NCBI RefSeq assembly: GCF_023055435.1
Contig: NW_025963946.1
Span: 7,812,001-7,876,000, forward strand
Source: Haliotis rufescens
Lineage: Eukaryota
DNA: 64,000 bases
Direction of reading: 5' to 3'
Below the pieces are notes generated by a model that was not told the DNA's origin, did not search any database, and saw only the letters and a list, made by a program, of their open reading frames with translations. This document shows positions 24,020 to 35,300 of this stretch, piece after piece. How positions within the stretch are numbered: position 1 is the first letter of the stretch; each line of letters begins with the position of its first letter. Made by a program: the position numbers and the translations under genes.

Positions 24020-26377
24020 TTACACAGTTTTACAGTTGTCTGACATTGAGACAGACGTTGACTGTCTCTGTCATGCCACGTGTCAGAGTTACACAGTTTT
24101 ACAGTTATCTGACGTTGAGACAGACGTTGACTGTCTCTGCCATGCCACGTGTCAGAGTTACACAGTTTTACAGTTATCTGACATTGAGACACGTTGACTG
24201 TCTCTGCCATGCCACGTGTCAGAGTTACACAGTTTTACAGTTATCTGACATTGAGACAGACGTTGACTATCTCTGCCATGCCACGTGTCAGAGTTACACA
24301 GTTTTACAGTTATCTGACATTGAGACAGACGTTGACTGTCTCTGCCATGCCACGTGTCAGAGTTACACAGTTTTACAGTTATCTGACATTGAGACAGACG
24401 TTGACTGTCTCTGCCATGCCACGTGTCAGAGTTACACAGTTTTACAGTTATCTGACATTGAGACACGTTGACTGTCTCTGCCATGCCACGTGTCAGAGTT
24501 ACACAGTTTTACAGTTATCTGACATTGAGACACGTTGACTGTCTCTGCCATGCCACGTGTCAGAGTTACACAGTGTTACAGTTATCTGACATTGAGACAC
24601 GTTGACTGTCTTTGCCATGCCACGTGTCAGAGTTACACAGTTTTACAGTTATCTGACATTGAGACAGACGTTGACTGTCTCTGCCATGCCACGTGTCATA
24701 GTTACACAGTTTTACAGTTATCTGACATTGAGACAGACGTTGACTGTCTCTGCCATGCCACGTGTCAGAGTTACACAGTTTTACAGTTATCTGACATTGA
24801 GACACGTTGACTGTCTCTGCCATGCCACGTGTCAGAGTTACACAGTTTTACAGTTATCTGACATTGAGACACGTTGACTGTCTCTGCCATGCCACGTGTC
24901 AGAGTTACACAGTGTTACAGTTATCTGACATTGAGACAGACGTTGACTGTCTTTGCCATGCCACGTGTCAGAGTTACACAGTTTTACAGTTATCTGACAT
25001 TGAGACACGTTGACTGTCTCTGCCTTGCCACGTGTCAGAGTTACACAGTTTTACAGTTATCTGACATTGAGACAGACGTTGACTGTCTCTGCCTTGCCAC
25101 GTGTCAGAGTTACACAGTTTTACAGTTATCTGACATTGAGACACGTTGACTGTCTCTGCCTTGCCACGTGTCAGAGTTACACAGTTTTACAGTTAGCTGA
25201 CATTGAGACACGTTGACTGTATCTGCCTTGCCACGTGTCAGAGTTACACAGTGTTACAGTTATCTGACATTGAGACACGTTGACTGTCTTTGCCATGCCA
25301 CGTGTCAGAGTTACACAGTTTTACAGTTATCTGACATTGAGACAGACGTTGACTGTCTCTGCCATGCCACGTGTCAGAGTTACACAGTTTTACAGTTATC
25401 TGACATTGAGACAGACGTTGACTGTCTCTGCCATGCCACGTGTCAGAGTTACACAGTTTTACAGTTATCTGACATTGAGACACGTTGACTGTCTCTGCCA
25501 TGCCACGTGTCAGAGTTACACAGTTTTACAGTTATCTGACATTGAGACACGTTGACTGTCTCTGCCATGCCACGTGTCAGAGTTACACAGTGTTACAGTT
25601 ATCTGACATTGAGACACGTTGACTGTCTTTGCCATGCCACGTGTCAGAGTTACACAGTTTTACAGTTATCTGACATTGAGACACGTTGACTGTCTCTGCC
25701 ATGCCACGTGTCAGAGTTACACAGTTTTACAGTTATCTGACATTGAGACAGACGTTGACTGTCTCTGCCTTGCCACGTGTCAGAGTTACACAGTTTTACA
25801 GTTATCTGACATTGAGACACGTTGACTGTCTCTGCCTTGCCACGTGTCAGAGTTACACAGTTTTACAGTTAGCTGACATTGAGACACGTTGACTGTATCT
25901 GCCTTGCCACGTGTCAGAGTTACACAGTTTTACAGTTATCTGACATTGAGACAGACGTTGACTGTCTCTGCCATGCCACGTGTCAGAGTTACACAGTTTT
26001 ACAGTTATCTGACATTGAGACACGTTGACTGTCTCTGCCTTGCCACGTGTCAGAGTTACACAGTTTTACAGTTATCTGACATTGAGACAGACGTTGACTG
26101 TCTCTGCCTTGCCACGTGTCAGAGTTACACAGTTTTACAGTTATCTGACATTGAGACAGACGTTGACTGTCTCTGTCTTGCCACGTGTCAGAGTTACACA
26201 GTTTTACAGTTATCTGACGTTGAGACAGACGTTGACTGTCTCTGCCATGCCACGTGTCAGAGTTACACAGTTTTACAGTTATCTGACATTGAGACAGACG
26301 TTGACTGTCTCTGCCATGCCACGTGTCAGAGTTACACAGTTTTACAGTTATCTGACATTGAGACAGACGTTGACTGA
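24020..26377. repeat. 69/67-bp minisatellite, about 35 copies
   Basis: Unit gttacacagttttacagttatctgacattgagaca(ga)cgttgactgtctctgccatgccacgtgtcaga, very homogeneous. Confidence 0.97.
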
Positions 26378-26427
26378 ATAATTGGGAAGTAGTGTACTTT
26401 ACCGGGCGCACTTTTTCAGATCCTGTT

Positions 26428-26522
26428 AGCGCTGTGGGGATCTCGAACGCGCTTCAGCAGCTCACTGGCTCGGCTCATTGTTGCATTATTTAGTCCACAC
26501 TCTACCACTTGGACAAAGTGAG
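26428..26522 (-). other. tRNA-like remnant (pseudo-tRNA or SINE head)
   Basis: Minus strand has an A box (tccaagtggtagag) and a B-box-like gttcgagatcc with long spacing. The acceptor stem is imperfect. Confidence 0.35.
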
Positions 26523-27028
26523 AGTCGTTAGAAATATCCAAAATATATTCAGGGAATACTGTTAATAACATGAATTTTCAGAACTTGTAAGAGATATTAG
26601 TTTCTAATAATAGATGATAGTAATGAACGACTTGGGAAGCATTACATGCGGTAGTGAAGTATGACAGTAGATGTTACGACCGCAAACGATCTTTAAGGAC
26701 GACAGGGGTGTTTCACATACTGCGTGGAGCTAAACGTGACTCTCTTGAATATTTCAGATAATAAATTCGGGGAACTAAACATGAATCGCTTCTTAAAAAG
26801 ATGAAGAAATGTAAATGTGACATAATTAACTGATTCTCAAAATCTATTGCTATCGATCTATCAGTCTAGCCCTATTTTGGCTAGCATTGTTGCGTCCTAT
26901 TGCGACAGCCTATCTGAACTATCACATCCTACAACGTCCTATCTTGACGAGCTATAGAACGAAATTGTTGATGTACTTACTATCGCGACGACATATGCCA
27001 ATCTCACCAATGTAGGTCCTATCGAGCC

Positions 27029-27197
27029 CGGGCGGTCTGGTAGCCAAGTGGTTAAAACGTTAGCCCGTCACGCTGAAAACCGGGTTCGATTCCCGACATT
27101 GGTACAATGGGTGAAGCCCATTTCTGGTGTCCCCCGCCGTGATGTTGCTGGAATATTGCTAAAAGCGGCTTAAAACCATACTCACTCACTCACTCAC
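27029..27197 (+). mobile_element. Short tRNA-derived SINE family C
   Basis: tagccaagtggttaa and gggttcgattccc boxes with an (ACTC)n tail. TSD tcctatcgagcc at 27017-27028 and 27198-27209. Confidence 0.9.
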
Positions 27198-27434
27198 TCC
27201 TATCGAGCCGAGATATCAAACCAAACTGAACTCAACTCAAGTCTGATTTACCTCGTTTTTCACGTGCTCGGACAGCACGTGACATGTCTTACATTTGTTT
27301 TCTCCAGCTGCCTGTTCAAGCTTAACATGTCTTCAAATTAAGGGGTAAGATGGGAAAGTTGAAAGTTTCCCAGTTGAAGTTTATGGATCAGAAGTTTGTA
27401 ATACCACCACAATTTGTCAAATATTAATTTACTT

Positions 27435-27800
27435 TCACAGGCATACTGCGTGTGAGTGGCGATTTGAAGGAGTCTGCAGTCTCACTCTCCGTGCGATCGC
27501 CTGGACATGTTCAGCCAAAGTGATCGCCGGCCTATGACTTTGATGCACACGTCTCCCTATCATGTCCCAGACGTATTCAATCGGGGAAAGGCCATGGCAT
27601 TCTATGTATGTGCTGCAGGAGGTGAGCACTGATGATTCGTACACAGTGAACGTTGGCTTTGTCCTCTCGAAAGGCAAAATATCGACCACCACGCCTTTGA
27701 AACGGGGTAATAAAGGGTCTCAGTGTCTTGTCCTGATAGTACTGCCCAGTCACTCTTCCTTGCACAATAAGCTATAACTTTGTGATGATATGTAATATCC
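27435..27800 (-). mobile_element. Tc1-type transposase fragment
   Basis: QGRVTGQYYQDKTLRP, FREDKANVH (DNARPH-like), MPWP and LSPIEYVWDMIGRRV in broken frames. Confidence 0.8.
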
Positions 27801-27802
27801 AG

Positions 27803-27898
27803 GGCTCCGTTCCACAAAGCGATAGTAGCGCTAAGATTTCGTAAGTCTATGTTAATTGTTATTATCTTAGCACTACGATTGCATTGTGGAACAGGGCG
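27803..27898. mobile_element. Tourist/Harbinger-type MITE
   Basis: Imperfect TIRs ggctccgttccacaaagcgat / attgcattgtggaacagggc, flanked by a CAG 3-bp duplication. Confidence 0.65.
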
Positions 27899-28442
27899 CA
27901 GCCTGTCACTCTATTGTCACACCATTGCATCTAGAGTAATAAAAACAACCTGATCAAAGTTGTCATTAGGAATAACATCTTCATAAATATTCCTTTTTGC
28001 ATTAGATATGACTTTAACTATATCTGAACACGGGAAGTGATGCTATATGTTCATTCTATATTCAGCAAAACAATAATCCCATCAACTCATTTTAGGTGAC
28101 TGCAACTAATAATCTGTGGGGATCAGCAATGTGAAACTGTTTTCCCAAGTATAGGGTATACCACCACAGTACCCTGTACGATTATGTGTGTGTGTTTGAG
28201 TGAGTTAGAGCTTTATTTTCTCTTTGAACAGTAGTTCGGTCATGTTATGACATAAAAACTTGGTATAGGTGGAAAACCCAACGTGATTCAACTGTTGTCA
28301 ATTCTTGGTATATCTCCTGCTTACAATATTACTACTGGGTGGTGACAGTCGTCACACTCTCTGCCTCGACAAGGACGTATTTCGTGGTGTTAGATTGCGT
28401 GGTGTACTCTGGGTCAGGTCGTCCTCTCTTGAAACCCGTCAT

Positions 28443-29351
28443 ATGAGTAGGGGTGGTGGCAATGGCGGCGATGCAGGTACGTGGCTATGAGAGTCACAGC
28501 AACATTAGGTGACACAAACGATGGTTATTGACAATATAGTGGCTACATCGTCTTCTAACTTGGATCTACCACTCATGTGTTCACTATGGGATTATATGGA
28601 TAACCGTAAGTTGAAGATTGTCATGTATTTATATTGTTTATTTTGACATGACACTAATTTCCAGGTGATTTGTTACAAAAGAAGACAGGTTACGTTACAA
28701 GCCAATTTCAAGGGAAAACTCGGCCGGAGAAGTACTTAACTGTTTGTCATAATAAAATGTCGACCCGTCATAAAGCTTGAATATTGCTGAGTGCGGCGTA
28801 AAACAACCAACCAACCAACCAACCAACATAATCAAATGTCAGATGAAAATAGATCTATATGTTGAAAAGTGTCCAACCAAGTACATGTGTACATGGTGTC
28901 TTGCTAATATGACACTTTATGGGCCTTCAACACGCCACCCAAGTCATGTATATACAACCTTGAACAATATCGACCCAGTTAATCTTAACTTTCTTATGAC
29001 TGCCACCTTGTGGGCTATTTATAGTCAGGGTGGGGCTTTCTTTGACTGTATGTGTGCAGTAAACCGGTTTCAGTGGCCGCGTCATACCAATAACCGGTAC
29101 AGGGGATAACGCAAGGACGATCGGTATGTGTTTGTTGGTATGGTGCGACATGCTATCTCAGACCTGAATTGACTGCCCTCGCTGTTATTCTGCATGGGCC
29201 GCGCCAATAAGAGGATAAGTCGAAAATAATCCTTGACAATTTCTAGTTTGAAATATCTCTTATATGCAATATCACCCAAGTGTTGTACAAGTAAGTAAAT
29301 GTTTTGTCTTCAGAACGTCCATCTGCAAAAGTCCCCTTTAGGAAGTTATGA
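28443..29351 (+). CDS. Predicted upstream coding segment of ankyrin gene copy 2 (exons 28443-28476, 28665-28688, 29314-29351): MSRGGGNGGDAGDLLQKKTERPSAKVPFRKL*
   Basis: Three consecutive GT-AG exons joined in phase 1. The frame ends at TGA 29349-29351, overlapping ATG 29348. Confidence 0.5.
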
Positions 29352-32300
29352 AGAAGAACAGCCCAACACACGTCCCTCCGGACAGAAGAGGAAAAAGACA
29401 TGATGCTCCCTCACCTAAAAAAGCTCACAATCCTGTAGCAGGTAATCTACTCATACTAATCTTATGATACTTTGTTTGTATGGTTATTGTTATCATGATT
29501 ATTTATATATCTGCATGCATTTCCATCTCCTTTCCTCGGCACGGGTGACCCTGTCGTCTAAGGAGCCGCAATTCGCTGTGCAATTCGCGTGGGCTAGAAA
29601 CTTATGATTGTAGGTCCGAATTATGTTTCCAGGTTTGTCAGCACCCAAACCGTGCTTGTGGGTTTCACCAAGGCGGTCAACGTTTGAAATTTGCATCACT
29701 CCCCTGATACACTGTACATGTGATATAACTGGAATATTGTTAAGAGCGGCACTCACTCCGTCTCCTTGTATGTAAGAACTATCATTAACGATATTCCGAT
29801 GACGGCATGGAACAATACCATATACTTTTTATGATATTTGCTGATACAATTCTGTGCAATTCGAACGTGTGATACCCTGATATTTGTCCACAGTTGTGTA
29901 AAAATTAAAAATTGTCGAATGTGTTTATGTCTAACTACTGATACTTCAATATGACAGCCAGTTGAGATTGAAAGACCTATTTTACAGAATCAACAGCTGT
30001 CTCTGTTACTGGCGCTACAGGTGAAAGCAAGGTTAAAAAGCTTGAGGCAATAGGACAGAAGTTTTCCGGAGGTCAAGGTGATGCATGTGTTCATAGTGTC
30101 TCGTCATTACGTTACATCAGTCTGTGGTCGCCGTTGTAAGTTTTAAGCGAAACTGTTAACATTTGTTGCAGCGTGCATACATATCTGTGCATGTGTGGCT
30201 GATTGTACTAATATATACTGGTTTTGTACTAGTCCGTACTAATATATACTGGTTTCATAGTGCTAGCCCGCTGAGATACCATGCCGCAGTTTAACATGGA
30301 TACACCACTCAGATACTGTATACTGACTTTGAGTCGACCAGCCCTTTGTTTTATCCCCTTTATGCCGAGCTCGGGGCAGGGAAACAACAAGTACCATCGT
30401 TTAACGTGTTTTAGTATGACACGGCAAGGGGATCGAAGCACCGAGCTTCCGCTCTCTCGGCAGACGCTCTTTCCACAACACCACGGAGGTGGTCAGGGTA
30501 TTTAGAACCACAACCTCCAGCTTTCGGGCCAGACGTCTTATGAAAAGATAAAATTCTCATTAAAAATTGTTGTGTTGAAATGACGAGTGATATCAATATT
30601 GATGGATATTTCTCTACATACAGACCCTTTGAAAACGTTAAATTTATGCTTCATATACATAGAGTAATCGATAACATGTTTCAGGTAGGAGAAATATGTT
30701 GACAATATTTACCATTTCTATTGGCAGTTGTGTTCATTTCTAGTCTCATGTTCTTGGATCGCGTGACCCATGCAAACCATGATGTTACCTAATTAACTCA
30801 CATGACAGTACTTAATTTCCACTACCAATGGAAAATCATGTATATCATTGAAATCATGTGTAATCAGATGCAGAAGACATTCAGATACTGTACATTAACG
30901 AGGTAAGAACGTACACATTTCAAACCTGTCAAACTATATAGTATTATTCATGTCCACTCTTATATTGCGTTATTTTAATTATAATTTGATTGTTACTGAA
31001 ATTTTGAAAAGTCTACTCTTCTTCTCAGTACAAGGTAGCGTCAGTACGTATACTGGAGATGTCAACGTCAACATCCACAACAGTTCCTCCCGGCCAGGTA
31101 GGATTGGAATAGTTATCGTGATGTGTATGCTACACAAATAGGCGTGACACTACACCACACTACGTTTCATGCCGATTGCACATACCAAGACACGTAGTGC
31201 ATATATGATCGAATACAGAGAAGGATTAGAAAAAGTACATTTCAAGTTACAAGGAAGGAAACTTTAATTTGTTGTGTAATTGGAGGATATTTCATGTGTC
31301 GAGTGAAATACCATGTTTCTCTCATGGAGTGATGAGGGGAAGGGAGATATTTTCACGAGTGGCGTATTTAAGGTCACGAAAATTCTTTATCATACATTTC
31401 GACATGATTATGTACAAAATCAGCCATAAAAAAACATATTCTTGAAAACTAGGAGAACGCTGTTGGAAGCAAAGGAATACACGCTGGTTGGGTAACAGAA
31501 ATGAGAAATCTACAGTTCATACCGAAACGTTTTCGAGAAAATAGCAAACGGCAAGCAGTGATATTAACTCCATAAATAACCATCTTTCATTATTTTGCCT
31601 TGTCAATATGGAACTCGTAGAAAAGGGACATCAAAAGTTTGTATACGGGCCAGACACTGGCGATAAAGTGAGATAATTTAAGGGAATGACAATAGTTCCG
31701 TGAAAGTGTTATGATCAATGCAGTGAAATATCAAGTGTTATGTTCACTGCAATGAAAATATCACGTTTCTCAAATTCAGAATGCTCAGTCTTTTACATTG
31801 ATGTATATAATAATGTTATGGGTTGCGGTTATAGGTTATAGTACACGTTAAAGGTACAAAAAACTGACATGGATAATCGTATATTGCAGATAAGGGGCCA
31901 CACGATCGTTATGAGGCTGATCGTGGACATTTAGTGCCGAATTTATTGGAAGAAAAAGGTAGGCATGTTAAACAGATAACAAAAGGGAGAATTTGGGATG
32001 GTGGAGCATGCATAGTCACCCTGGTATAGTCACAGGGCTGCACAACGTGATTAAAGTTAATATGCAGAATCATTTATTGAAGTTATTTACATCACAAGTG
32101 ACCTTTTAATATGGGAACAATAACAACAACAACAACAACAACAACAACACCAACAACAGAGTCTTAGTTCATCAGCGTACCGATACCTGTACACACAATC
32201 ATGATTAACAGGACGAAGTTGATGTTACTTAGTATGTGAAATATATGAACAATTATACTTCATTTTCCGTTACGGGGATGAAAGGCGGAGAAATAATTGA

Positions 32301-35300
32301 AACTGTTTAACGAAAATACTACTACGACTTTTCAATACAAACACACACGAAAGACGACCTGGAGGTGTTCTGCGGTTGGGGGGATAGTGTTACTGTTAAC
32401 AAGAGATAAAGTAGTCACACCACTCAACAACCTGATGAACTGGGTCAGACGCACCTAAAATGCTGACTTGGAAAGTGTGGAAGACGGAAGTTTGATATTT
32501 GTATTTATGCACGAAACTGAAGAAGACGCTCTGAGGATGATGAGGGACCAAACATAAGTCAAGCCTCTGCTTCTGGGATTTATTCACACAATAATTACCA
32601 GTGTCAAAGATATCGAAATAAATGTTGAAATGCGAAAAACAAATCAATCAACAAATCCAGTTGAATCAGGTAAATTTTTTCCAAGGATATAATTACATGT
32701 TTGAATATAGATTTACCAAAAGTGAATATCTGTATTATCTCAAGTGTTGAAGTACAAGTATTATTTTTGGTCTCGTTCATTTTTCTAGAACTTGAAGATC
32801 TTCACATAGACTGTGAGACTGGACTGAAGGTATGTTTTCCCTAACGACTGTTGATAGTGTGTTCAATATTTGTATGCTATGTCTTATGTACTATGGATAT
32901 TATATATTATATTATTACAAAGTAACATTAAGTTCTTTGTTAGATTTTGAATAAGTTACAGCATGTATATACTGTTTTTAGTTTTGAAAAAATATGATGT
33001 GGAATATCATTTACTTACACATTTGTAAGTTTATCTAAAATTTGTTTCAGCTTCGTGAACGTCTTGATGCCATGCAGCAAAGGATAACAGACTTGGAGCG
33101 AAGAGTGTTGAAGCTCGAGAAAGATGCAGAAGCAGGTACACACGCTTGTGTTTGTATTCACTCTGTTCCTTCAGTAACTGACAAACAGTACGATTGAATG
33201 ACCCTGATAAAAACAACTTGCGTGGTGCATAATCAGGTCAAGTTATCTGTTTTTCAGAAACCAGGATGTTGCCTTGGATGCGATCTGACGCCAGCGGACA
33301 CTGTGAGTGTATATGCCAGCTATTTTGACGTTGGGTTGGGCTACCATTGATGAGGACACGCATCTTAATTTCTATTTAAATCCACGCCCTGAAATTGCAG
33401 ATATCACATTGCAGAGTGTATGTCCTTGCAACGAACAAAGAAAACACATCCTCATACATGGCACAATGTTACCCAAAATGAAACATTTTCTTCTGTTGTT
33501 ATTCATGTGTCCCCAGTTTAACCATCATATGCACGTAATGTTAATCGATGTGTGACCGTTTGGTGTCAGTATGACATGCGCTGATGGAATAGATAACATA
33601 CATTCCATACTCTGGACAAAAACTATAATTGTCTCTGACCGTGTCACTCAACCACTCAACCATGCACTGGTGTCAAGTTAATGCACTCTTGTGGGTTTAA
33701 ACTATAAGCTTTAATACATTTTAAACAACCAGTTATATGTCTGTTTTAAATACGATATTGAACATTTTCTCTCAGAAATTCAGCTGTTATGTCAATGGTA
33801 TTTTTTTTGTCACCACACATTTATGAAGCATCCAAGATAATTGATCTTATATAGAGACGTACATGCACGTGTGTGTGTGTGTGGCTGCTTGTACTTGTCC
33901 GGACTGATGCCGATTTATAGTGCTAGCCCACTGATATACCATGCCGCAGTTTAACTTGAATACCCCATTCAGCCACAGTATACCGACCAGTCCTTGTTTA
34001 AGCGTCAGACAGGGTAACAACAAGTACCATCTATCTAACATGTTTAGTATCACGCGGCCGGGGATCGAAACCCGGACCTTCCGCTCTCCGGGCGTACGCT
34101 CTACCACTGGACAACGGAGGCGGTCGTCACGTACAGACAAATAATAGTAACGTCACAGAACGAAGCGATTTTAAATACAGAATCATAAGTGCATCTTTCT
34201 TGTCATGCCGTAACATTCTACGTGAGGGGATAACAAATGGTTTTCCATCATACATCTAAACTATTCCAGAATCCAACGCCACTTCTCTAAGTTTAAGCAA
34301 TACGGAAAGATACATTTCTTACACAGTACTTTAGGACACTAGTTGACGTTGTTGTTCTATTTTGCTTGTGTCTTGATTGCTGATGAGGATCGTGAACGGA
34401 ATACACAGCCATAAACACCGGTGTTTTTGTGTGCATGTATTTGTAGCTTAAATATAGTTATTTTCAAACAGTTTGATGTTTGTTTTCAGATTCAGCTGAT
34501 GACGATACAGAGTCGGTTTCAGACGCAGTTTCAGAAGGTGGACACAGGTTGGACACAGAAGGTGGGATTTACAGCTACATATATTATTCCTTAACAAATC
34601 AAGACTCTTTTTTTCCGATAGCATGTCATGGAAGTGATTAATACATTGAACTGTATTTGCATGTCCAGTTCGCAGTTCCTTTTCATGAGCTGATATGTCG
34701 TGCATGTTGTCGCAGGAAGATTAAATATTAACTTACATAGATAGGAAACATATATTGCTTAGTTTCCTCTCAGGAGAAGAATAAGGATATATGAACATGT
34801 TGTAGAGAGAGTTAGCAGCTTTACTGCTTAGTTTACCCTTTGGGGTCGAAATCACTTGTATGTAGATGTTACAAGTGTTTGCATACACATTGCCAAGTTC
34901 ACCCTAATGAATTATTATAAAGGCATAGTCTTATATTTTGTTCAATTTAATAGTGGGTTGATTTTGAACTCACATGCTGATATGACGCTGTGATGACAAG
35001 ATTGACTTGGCATGAACACTGACATGTGTTTTTCATGCATTGGAACTACCAGATGCTAGGGTGCTATACTTACAAAATGTTATGGTCGTTTATTTGTGTC
35101 TCCTAAATTATAAATTATTTGACGATTACAACTAGATACAAATGACATCATTCAATTATCATTACAAATGGTCTAATGGACCCCTGTGTTTACAAGTATC
35201 TACAAACTTATTAGTATAGTATGTCCACGGATAAATGTTTCGCGTGACTGATAAAACATATGAAATTAATTTCAGCCGCTTATATAGTTATTTCCAAAGA

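Noticed and set aside
24004-26411. Repeat-protein ORFs on both strands
   Set aside because: Frames switch at every 67-bp unit and there are no splice signals; this is a minisatellite artefact.
30624-30902. Two extra candidate exons (30624-30684 and ~30868-30902) in ankyrin gene 2
   Set aside because: They have plausible splice sites but contain stops in the required frame, so they were left out of the model.
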